From: an uncultured Gemmatimonadales bacterium
Lineage (GTDB): Bacteria; Gemmatimonadota; Gemmatimonadetes; Gemmatimonadales; GWC2-71-9
Assembly: GCA_963842945.1 (NCBI GenBank)
Contig: CAWJIM010000019.1
Location: forward strand, 512,001-576,000
Direction: 5' to 3'
DNA: 64,000 nucleotides
Numbering within the stretch: the first letter of the stretch is position 1; each line of letters opens with the position of its first letter. The position numbers and the translations under genes were made by a program. The notes below the pieces were generated by a model that was not told the DNA's origin, did no database searches, and was given only the letters and a program-made list of their open reading frames with translations. This document shows, piece by piece, positions 52,482-64,000 of this stretch.

Positions 52482-53330
52482 CTAAGACCCCGCGGCGCCC
52501 GCGAGCGCCGCGGCCGGGGCCGGCACCAGCACCGCCCAGACGGGGTGATGGTCGCTGGCCCCTCGCACCTCCCGGACCACGCCCACGCTCCCCGGCTGGG
52601 CGGATACCAGCCCCCGAGTCAGGATGTGATCCATCGAGAAGATGGTGTGGGTCGCTCCCACCCATTCCGTGAGCCAGGTGTAACCCTGGTGGTGGATGGT
52701 AGCCGCCATCCCGTAGTCGTTGAAATCACCCGCAATCACGACCGGTCCCGAGAAGCCCTTCGCGTCCTCGGTGACCGCAAGCGCCTGCTCGGCGCGCTTC
52801 GCCGGCGACATTTTCACCACGGTCTCCAGGTGCACGGCATAGACCAGGATCCGGAGGCCGTTCGCCCGCACCACGGCGGCGGTCGCCGTTCGGCGCTGAC
52901 CCCGGTCCCAGCTCCCGTACGGCAGCTGCACCTTCCAGCTCCGCTCGATCGGCCAGCGCGAGAGGATCGCCGGGCCGTAGTAGCCGCCGGTGCGGTGGTG
53001 AATGACCGCGGGGTAGTAGGCGTAGTTGAGGTGCAGGGATCGAGCGATCCGGTCTACGCCGCTGTCGCTCATCTCCTGGAGCGCCACGACATCGGCGTCG
53101 CGAACGCTGTCGCTCCGGAGCACCTCGATCGCCCGGTCGATCTCCCGCGACTCCCTGATGTTGAACGTGACCACGCGCAGCGCCGCGCTCGACGGGGTCG
53201 AGGGAGGCGCGTAGCTGCCCAGGAACCTGGGCTGGTCCGCGCTCAGCAGATTGGTGGTCGGGGCGCAGCCGCTCGTGAGGCAGGCTCCCGCCAGGAGAGC
53301 GATGTCAAGGACCGCCGGTCGATTGATCAT
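52482..53330 (-). CDS. Endonuclease/exonuclease/phosphatase family lipoprotein
   Basis: VTFNI, ALQE, AGDFN, DHIL and SDHHPV motifs. Confidence 0.9.
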   Translation of the reverse strand: MINRPAVLDIALLAGACLTSGCAPTTNLLSADQPRFLGSYAPPSTPSSAALRVVTFNIRESREIDRAIEVLRSDSVRDADVVALQEMSDSGVDRIARSLHLNYAYYPAVIHHRTGGYYGPAILSRWPIERSWKVQLPYGSWDRGQRRTATAAVVRANGLRILVYAVHLETVVKMSPAKRAEQALAVTEDAKGFSGPVVIAGDFNDYGMAATIHHQGYTWLTEWVGATHTIFSMDHILTRGLVSAQPGSVGVVREVRGASDHHPVWAVLVPAPAAALAGAAGS

Positions 53331-53515
53331 GATGGTCGGTAATCTAACCTTGCTTGGCAATCTAACCTTGTGGCGCGGAGCGCCCGGCCTGGCCGTTTGG
53401 CAATGGCCGATAGCGCTCATCTCCCGGATTTGTAACATCGTCCGCTCGAGGTCTGGCGATGTCGCCCCGCAGGACACAGCTTCGCTGCAGCCATTGGTGA
53501 ACCCGGGAGGCGGGG

Positions 53516-53782
53516 ATGAGCGAAGAGCGGCGGCGACGGCCCAGGCCCACGGACTCGGTTGCTCCGACCATAGGCCGGGCTCGCCTCCTTCCGCGGGTGT
53601 CCTACCACTACCCATCCCTCAGGCCGAACGGCTGGTACAAGGTCATCGGTCAGAACCCCACGGCCCTCGAGCCGCGCGCGCGCGCAGGCTTCCTCTGGAT
53701 CGACGTGGATGGACGGCCGAGGGAAGTCTGGGCCGGGCACTTCGAGTTGGACTTGCATGGGGCCTCCGTGACCAGATCGTGA
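53516..53782 (+). CDS. Small hypothetical protein
   Basis: 88-aa ORF with GGAGG RBS and globular composition. Confidence 0.55.
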   Translation: MSEERRRRPRPTDSVAPTIGRARLLPRVSYHYPSLRPNGWYKVIGQNPTALEPRARAGFLWIDVDGRPREVWAGHFELDLHGASVTRS

Positions 53783-53829
53783 CGGAAGCTCGGCAATCTC
53801 CGGCTCCCTGTCTCGCCCGGAAGTCAGCC

Positions 53830-54264
53830 ATGCAGCGTTCCGCCTCGATCCTACTCGCGTGTGTCGGTCTCGCCTCGATGTCCGGCGCGTGCACCGGCCT
53901 CATCGCCGGACCCGAGGTCGCCTCCTCCGCGTCCATTCCTGTCTCCCGCGATTCCGCCTACGTCAGGGCCAGGCGGGGCCTCACCGGCGAGACCTTCACG
54001 ATGGACGTCGTCGACTCCAGCCGCGGCCATCTGACGGGCACCCGCTATCCCAGTCGCAACGCCCCGCTTGGCACGTCGGCCAGCTGCCGGGTCGTCCTCT
54101 CGATGGACGTGGCGGGTGATGCCGGTGAGTCCACCGTCAGCACGACCAGTCGGTGGGTGGCCCCGGACGACATGTCCGACAAGGCCCCCCAAGTCTGCGA
54201 GCAGGAGCGGCAGCAGGTGCTGGAGCGAGTGAGCCAGACGCTCACCCCGCCGGTTTCACCCTAG
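53830..54264 (+). CDS. Hypothetical lipoprotein
   Basis: MQRSASILLACVGLASMSGAC signal and lipobox; GC-rich codon usage. Confidence 0.65.
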   Translation: MQRSASILLACVGLASMSGACTGLIAGPEVASSASIPVSRDSAYVRARRGLTGETFTMDVVDSSRGHLTGTRYPSRNAPLGTSASCRVVLSMDVAGDAGESTVSTTSRWVAPDDMSDKAPQVCEQERQQVLERVSQTLTPPVSP

Positions 54265-54281
54265 CCGCTGTCACAATCCTG

Positions 54282-54830
54282 TCACGAGGCGCTGGGGACC
54301 TTCTTCTCCAGCTCCTGCGCCATCTGCATGTGCGCCTGAAACGCGGGCGCCACCTTCTCGACCAGCGCCTTCAGCTCCGCGTTGTCGATCGCGGGCAGCA
54401 GCGTCCCCTGCACCGCGTCGATGACGGCCTTGTGGAATCCGGCCTCGTGCTGCAGGAAGGCCCGGTCGAACTCGGCACCCTTCAACGAACGGAGTCGCGC
54501 CATCGCGGCGGCGTGGTCCTTGGCGCTCTGATCGTCCTTCGGCGGAGTGGGGGTGACGCCGAGCTTGGCCGCGAGGTCCCGCCCCTGCTGCCGGACCGCG
54601 CGATGATCGCGGACCAGCATGGCGCCGAAGTCCCGCACCTCCTTGCTCGAGCCGCGCTCCTCGGCGAGAGCACCGGTCTCCATATCGGCGGTATTGGCGG
54701 CGTCGAAGATGGCCACGATCGTTGGGTCATCGGGCCCCTCGGACTGGGCGCGCAGGGTGGCGCCCGGCAGGGCGGCGGCGGCCGCCGAGGCGGCCATGAG
54801 GAGCGCGGCGGCGGTCAGGTTTGCGGACAT
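54282..54830 (-). CDS. DUF4142 (ferritin-like) secreted protein
   Basis: EVRDFGAMLVRDH, GAEFDRAFL and FQAHMQMA motifs; GGAGG RBS. Confidence 0.85.
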   Translation of the reverse strand: MSANLTAAALLMAASAAAAALPGATLRAQSEGPDDPTIVAIFDAANTADMETGALAEERGSSKEVRDFGAMLVRDHRAVRQQGRDLAAKLGVTPTPPKDDQSAKDHAAAMARLRSLKGAEFDRAFLQHEAGFHKAVIDAVQGTLLPAIDNAELKALVEKVAPAFQAHMQMAQELEKKVPSAS

Positions 54831-54897
54831 GCAATCCTCCTTGATGGGGCGTTTTGAGCACGATCTGAAACGGTCCATGCCCATAATCTGCAGAGGA

Positions 54898-54940
54898 TTG
54901 AGTAATTTGTCAATATTTTCATTGACTTATTTGACAGACC
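54898..54940. promoter_or_regulatory. AT-rich operator-like palindrome between divergent genes
   Basis: GTCAAT-attttc-ATTGAC inside the AT-rich island ttgagtaatttgtcaatattttcattgacttatttgaca. Confidence 0.55.
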
Positions 54941-54986
54941 GCGACTTGCGCTCTATGGTTGGAGGGAACCTCAGCGGAGCGAACTC

Positions 54987-55622
54987 GTGAGTGCTGACCT
55001 CTCCCGTCGGTTTTTCGAGACCACCCGCGGGCGGGTTCTCGCGCACCTCCGGCGGGGCCCTGCCACCGTCGAGGAGCTCGCCGCAGCCCTCGACCTGACC
55101 GACAACGCCATCCGCGCCCACCTGACGACTCTGGACCGCGACGGCCTGGTGCGACAGACCGGCGTCCGGCGGGGGCCGGGGGCCGGCAAGCCCGCCGCTT
55201 TGTACGAGCTCGCCGCCGAGGCGGAAACCAGGTTCTCCCGGGCCTATGCACCCGTGTTGACCGCGCTCGTGGAGGAGCTCAGCAGCACGCTGCCGGTGCC
55301 GGAGGCGGAGGCCCTCATGCGAAAGGCAGGGAGCCGTCTCGGCGCGGCCTTGCCGGCCCGTTCGGCCGGCCTCGAGGAGCGGATCCGGGAGGCGGCGGCA
55401 CTGCTCAACGAGTTGGGCGGCGACATGACGATCGAACAGGAGCCGGGCGGGATGCGGCTCCGCGGCAGCGGCTGCCCCCTGGCCGCGACGGTCTCCCGGC
55501 GTCCGGAGGCCTGCCGCGCGCTGCAGGGGTTGTTGGCCGAGGTAATCGGTGCGCCGGTGGTGCTGTGTTGCGAGCGGGAGCCCAGGCCGAGGTGCTGCTT
55601 CACGGTTCCCAGCGCCGCCTGA
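54987..55622 (+). CDS. ArsR/SufR-like HTH regulator with Cys-rich C-terminus
   Basis: TVEELAAALDLTDNAIRAHL, GKPAALY, GCPL...C...CC...CC. Confidence 0.85.
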   Translation: MSADLSRRFFETTRGRVLAHLRRGPATVEELAAALDLTDNAIRAHLTTLDRDGLVRQTGVRRGPGAGKPAALYELAAEAETRFSRAYAPVLTALVEELSSTLPVPEAEALMRKAGSRLGAALPARSAGLEERIREAAALLNELGGDMTIEQEPGGMRLRGSGCPLAATVSRRPEACRALQGLLAEVIGAPVVLCCEREPRPRCCFTVPSAA

Positions 55623-55635
55623 CGAGCCTCCGCCG

Positions 55636-56563
55636 CTATCGGCTCGAGGGCGAGCTCAGGCGCACTCGCCGCACCGCCTCCACGATCGCGTCGGGCTGCT
55701 CCTCGTACACGTGAAGGCCCGCCCCCGGGACGCTGTCCACCGCGAAGATCGGTGAGCCCGCTCTGCAGCGCCTCGAGCTGGCGCTCGGGGATGCCGCCCT
55801 CGTGCGGCGCCGTCCCGACCACGAGGCGAACCGGACAGCGCACCGCTCCGAGGTTCGGCACCAGTCGCTCCGGCTCCTTCGACTCGGCCATCCGCAGGTA
55901 GGCTTTCAACGTGCCGTCGAGGTCCTGCCTGGCGCCGGCGGTGTAGCCGTCGACCACCTCCTCGGTGACCCAGGTCGTGTCCCCGGAGCTCTCCACCAGG
56001 CCTTCCCGGATCTTGGCCCGCACGCGCTTCACGCCGCCCATCCACTTGATCCACGGCACATACTGCATGGCCCGGCGGAAGCCGCGGCTCGTCGCGCGCT
56101 CGGCCGGGCCCCCGTCGAGCGACACGATCGCGGAGACGAGCGCGGGTTGCCGATAGGCGAGCCTAAGCGCCATGGACGCCCCCGTGGAGTGCGCCACGAC
56201 GGTGGCGGGGCCGGTGTGCAGCTCCCGGAGCACCGTGGCGATGCGATCCGCCTGACGGGTCAGGGAATAGTCGGCCTTCTCCGGCCGCGCCGAGGTCCCG
56301 ATGCCGAGCGGTTCGATGACGATGGCCCGGTAGCCCGCCGCGGGGAGCTGCTCCAGCAGATGCCGGAAGGCGTAGGCCGACCCGAAGAGACCCGGGATCA
56401 GGACGACCGGCTCGCCCTCGCCCGCCATCGTGACCTGAAGGGACTCCGCGCCCTCGACGCGAACGAAGAACCGGTGAGGGGAGACCGGACCACGCGGGCC
56501 CACCCGTATGGGAGACAGGATCGAGCCGGCAATGGCGAGGAGGAGCAGTGTGGTGGCGGTCAT
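55636..56563 (-). CDS. Alpha/beta hydrolase (frameshift near 55745)
   Basis: LIPGLFGS, AHSTG nucleophile elbow; AGLHVYEEQP in the shifted frame. Confidence 0.85.
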
Positions 56564-58174
56564 GGGGAGGGTCTCAATTTACTGCCGACGGATCCTCCTG
56601 CCGGAGCGGCGAAATAGAGCACCCGGGCGTTCAGCATCTGGAAGCCGCCGACCGAGGTGGCGTGCGCCTGAAGCCAGCCCTCCTCCGGTACCGCCGCGCC
56701 CGAGTGAATCACGACCAACGCCACTCGCTCCCGTCCGTGCAGGAGTCGGATGACGTCCTCCGGCACTCGGCGGCCGCCGAGTTGCTCGACCCATGAGGCG
56801 ACTGGTGTGTCGGAGGTGACATAGCGCGCGATGCCGACGACCCCCGAGGGAATCGAGTGAACGATCACTAGATCGGATGGCCCGGCCCACTCGGCTACCC
56901 TGACGGCCACCTGGCGGTACACGTCCCACGACCTGGAGCCGTTCAGGAAGACCACTCGAATGCCTGGCAGCCACGCGACCACGACCAAGGCCAGGAAGAT
57001 CGTGCTGAGCGGCGGACCGAGGCGATTCAGGGCCATCCCGGCCAAGAGCATGGCCGCGGGCACGGCTGGGAGAGCGTAGCGGGATATCTGCGAGGCATGG
57101 GTGCCCCGCAGCAGATCGAAGATGAGCGGGCCGGCGCACGCGAACAGCAGCCAGAGCCAGACCAGCCGGCTGTTGCGGCTCAACAGTGCGCGAGGGGACT
57201 TCCTGCCCACGGCGAGAATGAGGATGAGTAGAGAGCCCGATCCCGACCCGGTCCACCCACACGTTTCCGCCCCACGGACCGCGGACGGAGAAAAGACTCC
57301 AAGCGAGGGTGAGCGGGGCGGTGACCGCCTGCCCCAGGGACAGGCCGCCCTCCAGCCAGCGACCGGTGATCCGCCACCGAGCGAGACTTTCCGGAACTTG
57401 CAGGTACCATGGCAGTACCAGCAGTCCCGTGAGCACCGCGGTCGCGGCCAGCCAGGCACGCGAGATTCGGCCTGGATACAGCCAGAGCCACACCAGGCAG
57501 GCAGCCCAGACGAAGACGAAGAAGTAGTGAGCCAACAGTCCGGCCGCGCCGGTAAGCGTCAGCAGCAGGATGCTCACCGGCCTCGGGCCTCGATCGTGAA
57601 GCCGCAGGCTGAGCCATGCGGCGGCGAGGCCGAGGAACCAGAGCAGGGAATACATCCGCCCTTCGACCGAGTAGTACAGGCTGATGGGAGCGATGCTGTA
57701 GAGCAGAACGGCGACGAGGGCGGCTCGCCGTCCGCTGAGGCGCCGACCCAGCAGATAGAGCAGCGGGAAGGCCGCAAGCGAGCAGACCACGGAGAACAGT
57801 CGCAAGTCCAGGTCCGTCGTCCCGAAGGCACGGGTCCAGCCGTAGAGGAGCAGGTAATAGAGCGGGGGGCTGGTGTCGGAGAGCAGAACGGCACGGACCA
57901 CACGGGCTGCGGACGCTGGTGGGTCCTCGTGCTCGAGATAGCGGCGCCAGTGGGTTGCCGGCTCCGCGCCGGGAGACTCGACGAAGTCGCCCAGCGCCGG
58001 CACGGCTTCGACAGCCGGATGCTCCAGGCTGTGCCCGGTGGCCATGGCCAGTGAGAAAAACTCGTCCGCCCACAGGCCGTGCCGATCGGCCATGGTGATC
58101 CGGACAAGCGCGGCGAGACCGAAGAGAAGAACCATGGGCAGCAGGTGCCCGCGACGAGCCTTCACCGGTGGCAA
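56560..58174 (-). CDS. GT39/PMT-like membrane glycosyltransferase (frameshift near 57240)
   Basis: LWADE, PPLYYLLL, EGRMYSL and HYF motifs; many TMs. Confidence 0.8.
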
Positions 58175-58348
58175 CCTTCGAGTATGGCCGGCAGCAAAGT
58201 TACCGGCGGCCCGCGATTCGGCACAGGCTGCTGCAGCCGCGCCCGGCGGACCGGCGCTCCTGATGCCGGTTTACCCCGGCGGTGATCGTGGAGATCGGGT
58301 CCGACGATCGTGACTCGACCTCTCCGTTCTCGAGTGAGTGGCGTCAGA

Positions 58349-58956
58349 TCACCCGACCAGCGCGGCGTAGAACTTGGGGTCACCGGTCTTGAAGAGTCCG
58401 TACCAGGCCTCGAGAACCTTCTCCTCGTAGACATCCAGTCGCGCGAAGATCTCCCGGGCAAACTCCAGAGACTTCATCGCGCTGGCGGTGGTGACGCCTC
58501 CATCGCTCACCACGTCCGCTGCCTGATACAGGTGCGCGCCTCGGTAGCCCGTCGCCGCGAGATACTCGGGCGCGTTGCTGGTGTGCTTTCGGGTGTCGAG
58601 GACTCCGCCCCGGGCGAGCCCCGCGGTCGCGCCGCAGATGGCCGCCACCGGGGTACCCGCGGCGAGAAACCCCTTGGCCTTCTCCACCGCCTCGACGTTC
58701 CGCCCTGGTCCCAGGACTCGCCGCCCGGCAGAATGAGCATGGCGCTCGCCTCCGGCTTGACCTGGTCGAGGGACAAGTCGGGCTGGATCCTGACGCCGCC
58801 GACCGTCGTGATGGGCTCGCGCGTCGCGGCGACCGTGCAAACCCGGTAACGGCCGGGGACCTTCTGTCCCTCCGGATTGTTGAGGCCGGCCACGACGAAG
58901 CCGGGCTCCCAGTCGGCAAGGCTGTCGAAGACGAAGAGATGGACGGTTTGAGGCAT
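58349..58956 (-). CDS. DJ-1/PfpI family protein (frameshift near 58700)
   Basis: LADWE, LILPGG, AAICGAT and HTSN motifs. Confidence 0.87.
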
Positions 58957-59131
58957 AGGTACCTCTCGATGAGCTCGGCCCGTGACTGAGGCCGGTTGAG
59001 ACGCGTGGAGCAGTCTGCCGCCGGCTCATGATACCGGCCGCGCGTCGGCCGGACCAGAACAACGGCCTCCCTTGGTCTGAGGCCGCTCCGTCATTTGTCC
59101 CCCCGGGAAGCCCCGGCTAGATTCCCCGGCA

Positions 59132-60385
59132 ATGAGCCAGATCACCGTAGAGAAGACCGCCGAGGATTCCGCCTCCAAATCGCTCCGGGTGACCGTCCCG
59201 GTGGACCGCGTCCGCGAGGCCGAGGCCAAGGCCGTGAAGTACTACGCCAAGCGCGCCCGGCTGCCCGGGTTCCGCCCCGGGAAGGCGCCCGAGGCCGTGG
59301 TCCGCAAGCGGTTCAACGACGCCATCCGGCAGACCATGCTGGAGGAGCTGCTCCGCGAGAGCTGGGAGACCGCCAAGACCTCGGAGTCGCTCAAGCCGAT
59401 CGCCGACCCCTCCGTCCGCAATCTCAAGTTCGAAGAGGGCAGCCCCATCGAGTTCGACCTGCTGGTCGAGGTCCGGCCCGAGATCAAGCTCGAGCGCACG
59501 GGCGGCTTCCGGGTGGAGCGGCGGGCCGCGGCGGTGCCCGACAGCGCCGTGACCGAGCGACTCGCCTCGTTCCAGGAGGCCAAGGCCGCCTGGATCCCGG
59601 TGACCGGGGAGAAGCCCGCCCCGGGCCAGATGGTGCGGCTCGAGGTGGCGCCCATCGAGGACGGCACCGCCGGCGCCGCGCAGCCGTACGACCTGGTGCT
59701 GGGCCAGAACCAGGCGATCCCGGAGGTCGAGGAGCGGATCATGGAGATGCTCCCCGGCGAGACCCGGGAGACCGAGGTGCGCTTCCCCGAGGATCACCCG
59801 GACGAGAGCCGCCGGGGCCAGAGCCGCCGGGTGCGGATCGCGCTCCACGAGGTGAAGCGGCAGGAGCTGCCCCCGCTCGACGACGCCTTCGCCCGTGAGA
59901 TGGGCGACTTCGAGAACCTCGACGCCCTGCGCGCGGCCGTCCGCCGCGACCTCGAGCGCGAGGCCGAGCGGGACGCCGACGCTCAGGTGCGCCAGGCGCT
60001 GCTCGCGCAGGTGGTCGAGGCCAACAACATCACGGCGCCCGAGTCTCTGGTGCACCGGCTGATGCACGGCTACGCCGAGATCTACCGGATCCCGCCGGAC
60101 CAGCTCCCCGCCTTCGAGGGGCAGTTCCACGAGATCGCCGAGTCGCAGGTGAAGCGGGACCTGGTGCTGGACGCGATCGTGGAACAGCAGGGGCTCCGCG
60201 CCACCGAGTCCGAGATCGACGCCCGGGTGCAGGCGATGGCCGAAGGGCGCGGCGTGTCGGCGGGCGAGCTCTACGGCTCGCTCCAGAAGTCCAACCGGCT
60301 GGCGGAGCTGGAGCGCGGACTCACCGAGGAGAAGGCGTACCAGTACCTGCTCGGGCAATCCACTGTGGAAGAGGCGACGATCTGA
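59132..60385 (+). CDS. tig: Trigger factor
   Basis: PGFRPGKAP motif; LPPLDDAFA; synteny with clpP-clpX. Confidence 0.97.
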   Translation: MSQITVEKTAEDSASKSLRVTVPVDRVREAEAKAVKYYAKRARLPGFRPGKAPEAVVRKRFNDAIRQTMLEELLRESWETAKTSESLKPIADPSVRNLKFEEGSPIEFDLLVEVRPEIKLERTGGFRVERRAAAVPDSAVTERLASFQEAKAAWIPVTGEKPAPGQMVRLEVAPIEDGTAGAAQPYDLVLGQNQAIPEVEERIMEMLPGETRETEVRFPEDHPDESRRGQSRRVRIALHEVKRQELPPLDDAFAREMGDFENLDALRAAVRRDLEREAERDADAQVRQALLAQVVEANNITAPESLVHRLMHGYAEIYRIPPDQLPAFEGQFHEIAESQVKRDLVLDAIVEQQGLRATESEIDARVQAMAEGRGVSAGELYGSLQKSNRLAELERGLTEEKAYQYLLGQSTVEEATI

Positions 60386-60387
60386 CG

Positions 60388-61014
60388 ATGGCTACGCTCT
60401 ACCCTCCGTACATCATCGAGCGCTCCAGCCGGGGCGAGCGGACGTACGATATCTTCTCGCGGCTCCTCATGGACCGGATCGTGTTCCTGGGAGCCCCGAT
60501 CAACGACGACGTCTCCAACATCATCATCGCCCAGCTGCTGTTCCTCGAGGCGGACAACCCCGACAAGGACATCTACCTCTACCTCAACTCGCCGGGCGGG
60601 GTGGTGTCGGCGGGGATGGCGATCTACGACACGATGCAGCACCTGCGGGCGCCGGTGAACACGATCTGCATGGGCATGGCCGCGTCCATGGGCTCGTTCC
60701 TGCTGGCCGCCGGCACCAAGGGGAAGCGCAGCGCGCTGCCGCACTCCCGGATCATGATCCACCAGCCCTCGGGCGGCGCCCAGGGCACCGCGGCGGACAT
60801 CGAGATCCAGGCTCGGGAGATCCTCTATCTGCGGTCCAAGATGAACGCACTCTACGCCCTGCACACCGGGCAGCCGATCGAGACCATCGAGCGCGACATG
60901 GATCGCGACCGGTTCATGAGCGCCGAGGAGGCCAAGGCGTACGGGCTGATCGACAGCGTCTTTACGCCCCGCAAGGATCTGGTGCCGCACAGCGACGGGA
61001 AAAAGGAGACTTGA
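60388..61014 (+). CDS. clpP: ATP-dependent Clp protease proteolytic subunit
   Basis: [18 protein letters not shown] and MIHQP motifs. Confidence 0.98.
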   Translation: MATLYPPYIIERSSRGERTYDIFSRLLMDRIVFLGAPINDDVSNIIIAQLLFLEADNPDKDIYLYLNSPGGVVSAGMAIYDTMQHLRAPVNTICMGMAASMGSFLLAAGTKGKRSALPHSRIMIHQPSGGAQGTAADIEIQAREILYLRSKMNALYALHTGQPIETIERDMDRDRFMSAEEAKAYGLIDSVFTPRKDLVPHSDGKKET

Positions 61015-61075
61015 CGCTCCGGGAGCCGGGGTTCACTATTCCGGCACCCCTCCATCACCAGGCGAAGTGGGTTCC

Positions 61076-62322
<1,247 letters not shown>

Positions 62323-62323
<1 letters not shown>

Positions 62324-62495
62324 GGCGGTACAGGCGGGAAGGCGGTAAGGCGGTAAAGCAGCGGGGCGAGTGCCTGTCATCCCGAAGAAGCGAACGCGAC
62401 TGAGGGATCTTCTCACCCGGGATCGACGACCGTGGAGAAGATCCCTCGCTTCGCTTCACCGCCCTACCGCCTTACCGCCCTACCGCCTTACCGCC
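62323..62495. repeat. Inverted octamer arrays (GGCGGTAA / TTACCGCC) enclosing a REP-like palindrome
   Basis: Arms at 62323-62356 and 62457-62495; core tgtcatcccg...gagggatcttctc...gagaagatccctcgcttcgct. Confidence 0.85.
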
Positions 62496-62506
62496 GGGGG
62501 GTGGCG

Positions 62507-63121
62507 ATGACGGAAGCGGTCCCGCCGAACCCCCTCCAGGGGATGGGGGTCGAGTTCGTCGGCTCCTTCCCTGACCCGCTGGTGCGGCTGGAGCCGCCGC
62601 TGCCGGAGATCGCCTTGATCGGCCGGTCCAACGTGGGCAAGTCGAGCCTGCTCAACGCCTTGATGGGGCGGCCGGGGCTGGCGCGGGTCAGCGCCACGCC
62701 GGGCAAGACCACGCTGCTGAACGCCTTCCGGCTGCCGGCCTTCTACATCGTGGACCTACCGGGCTACGGATTCGCCCGCGCGGGCAAGGCCGCCCGGGCC
62801 GGGTACCGGCGACTGGTCACCCGCTATCTGGGTGAGCGCCAGTCGCTCGCGGGTGTGGTGTGGCTGCTCGATGTGCGACACGACCCCTCGAAGGACGACC
62901 TGGAGATCCAGCGCCTCCTGGTCGCGAGCGGGCGGCCGGTCCTCGCCGCGCTCACCAAGGGCGACAAGCTGGGTCGCGCCGCCAGGATGGCCCGCGCCCG
63001 CGACCTGGCCGCGGCGCTGGAGCTCCCGGAGGACCAGGTGCAGCTCACCAGCACCAAGTCCCACGAGGGCATCGCCGAGCTGGGGCAGAGCATACTCGCC
63101 ACCGTAGGAGGAGACCGATGA
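62507..63121 (+). CDS. engB: Ribosome biogenesis GTPase YihA/EngB
   Basis: GRSNVGKSS, PGKT, DLPGYG and TKGDKL motifs. Confidence 0.95.
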   Translation: MTEAVPPNPLQGMGVEFVGSFPDPLVRLEPPLPEIALIGRSNVGKSSLLNALMGRPGLARVSATPGKTTLLNAFRLPAFYIVDLPGYGFARAGKAARAGYRRLVTRYLGERQSLAGVVWLLDVRHDPSKDDLEIQRLLVASGRPVLAALTKGDKLGRAARMARARDLAAALELPEDQVQLTSTKSHEGIAELGQSILATVGGDR

Positions 63122-63756
63122 GGACGATCGCCGTGCTGGGCTGTGCCTGGACCCTCCTGGCGGTGATGCCGGCCTGCGGCGCCGGCCAGGCCGGAGGAGG
63201 CGGCGCCGTGGACGCCCTGCCGCCGCCGGGCTACGGCTCGCTCAAGCAGAGCGATCTGGCGCTCGGCATGCGCAACGACGAGCTGGAGATCCGGCTGGTG
63301 CCGCTCGATCAGCGGGTCACCCGGCTGCTGACCCGCGACGCCTACGAGTCCCTGGAGAGCCTGGTGCACTCGCGCCGCGCCTCGATCGATTCGGTGGCCC
63401 GGATGTATGGCATCAGCTCGCCCGGTCTCGCGCTGGTCAGCTTCTTCGGGCAGCGCGAGGGGGCGCGCTTCGATCCCAATTCCCTCACCCTCGGCATCCG
63501 GAACCAGGTGCTTCGCGTCCGCGGGGTCGTGCCGTTCAGCCCGCGCTTCTCCAACCACCAGCTCGGGGTGCGGGAGCAGGCGAGCGGGATCTACGTCTTC
63601 GACGAGCTGCTGCCGGTGAACGACGACTTCAACTTCGCCTACCAGGGTCGGACCTCGGAGAGCTGGGGCAACAAGCAGCCCATGCTGGACCGCGAGCGGG
63701 GTCGTGTCGCCGCGCGCGCCAGGGTGACGCAGCCCGACAGCGCCGCGGCGCCCTGA
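63118..63756 (+). CDS. Hypothetical lipoprotein
   Basis: AGGAGG RBS, ATGA overlap with engB, MPAC lipobox-like signal. Confidence 0.75.
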   Translation: MRTIAVLGCAWTLLAVMPACGAGQAGGGGAVDALPPPGYGSLKQSDLALGMRNDELEIRLVPLDQRVTRLLTRDAYESLESLVHSRRASIDSVARMYGISSPGLALVSFFGQREGARFDPNSLTLGIRNQVLRVRGVVPFSPRFSNHQLGVREQASGIYVFDELLPVNDDFNFAYQGRTSESWGNKQPMLDRERGRVAARARVTQPDSAAAP

Positions 63757-63765
63757 GGAGTCTGT

Positions 63766-64000
63766 ATGCCCCACCTGCCCCTCCGCACCATCGCGCTGCC
63801 CGATGCCACCAACCGGGTGTACGACGCCTGGCTCGAGGAAATCGGAGGGCGGATCGCCGAGCGGGGCGCCGACTGGCCGCGCCTGACGCGCGAGGTCCTC
63901 TACCAGCTCTACTATCCCGGCTTCGGCGACTACGACGAGCGGCTCGCGGATTCCCGGACGCCGCCGGCCGCGCGCATCGCCCTCATGTCGCTCGACCCCC
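63766..64000 (+). CDS. Hypothetical protein (3' partial), possibly the N-terminus of a hexapeptide acyltransferase
   Basis: GAGGAG RBS; open frame MPHLPLRTIALPDATNRVYDAWLEEI... to the window end; the function is a weak guess. Confidence 0.55.
   Translation, partial: MPHLPLRTIALPDATNRVYDAWLEEIGGRIAERGADWPRLTREVLYQLYYPGFGDYDERLADSRTPPAARIALMSLDP

Noticed and set aside
55244..55635. Long overlap of the hydrolase ORF with the regulator
   Set aside because: Artefact of the frameshift near 55745; the corrected stop is at 55636

Overview
High-GC bacterial chromosome segment, probably Gemmatimonadota (inferred from gene content such as many LADRY-type Ser/Thr kinase-TPR/PD40 proteins; not verified). 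Positions 1-34.8 kb are core genome around the replication origin: rnpB, dnaN-oriC-dnaA, rpmH-rnpA-yidD-yidC-mnmE, rhomboid, ddl, cbs, mutS, an ECF sigma/anti-sigma/CHAT-protease trio, a sigma54 two-component locus, holA, upp, corA and tRNA-Phe. About 35-59 kb is accessory: kinases and kinase stubs, PP2C, secreted proteins, and three copies of the 3' half of tRNA-Leu(TAG) flanked by att-like motifs, with no integrase and no intact tRNA-Leu. 59-64 kb holds tig-clpP-clpX-engB. Many genes, including essential yidC, are split by single-base frameshifts that are most likely long-read indel errors. The best candidates for undescribed biology are: (i) inward-facing pairs of 8-bp tandem-repeat arrays, found between genes and in-frame inside yidC and mutS; (ii) an integrase-less array of gene cassettes delimited by tRNA-Leu fragments; (iii) an exported, membrane-anchored caspase-like CHAT protease paired with an ECF sigma/anti-sigma; (iv) a fully readable sigma54 promoter with an RBS-occluding hairpin. 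All coordinates were read by eye and no searches were run.
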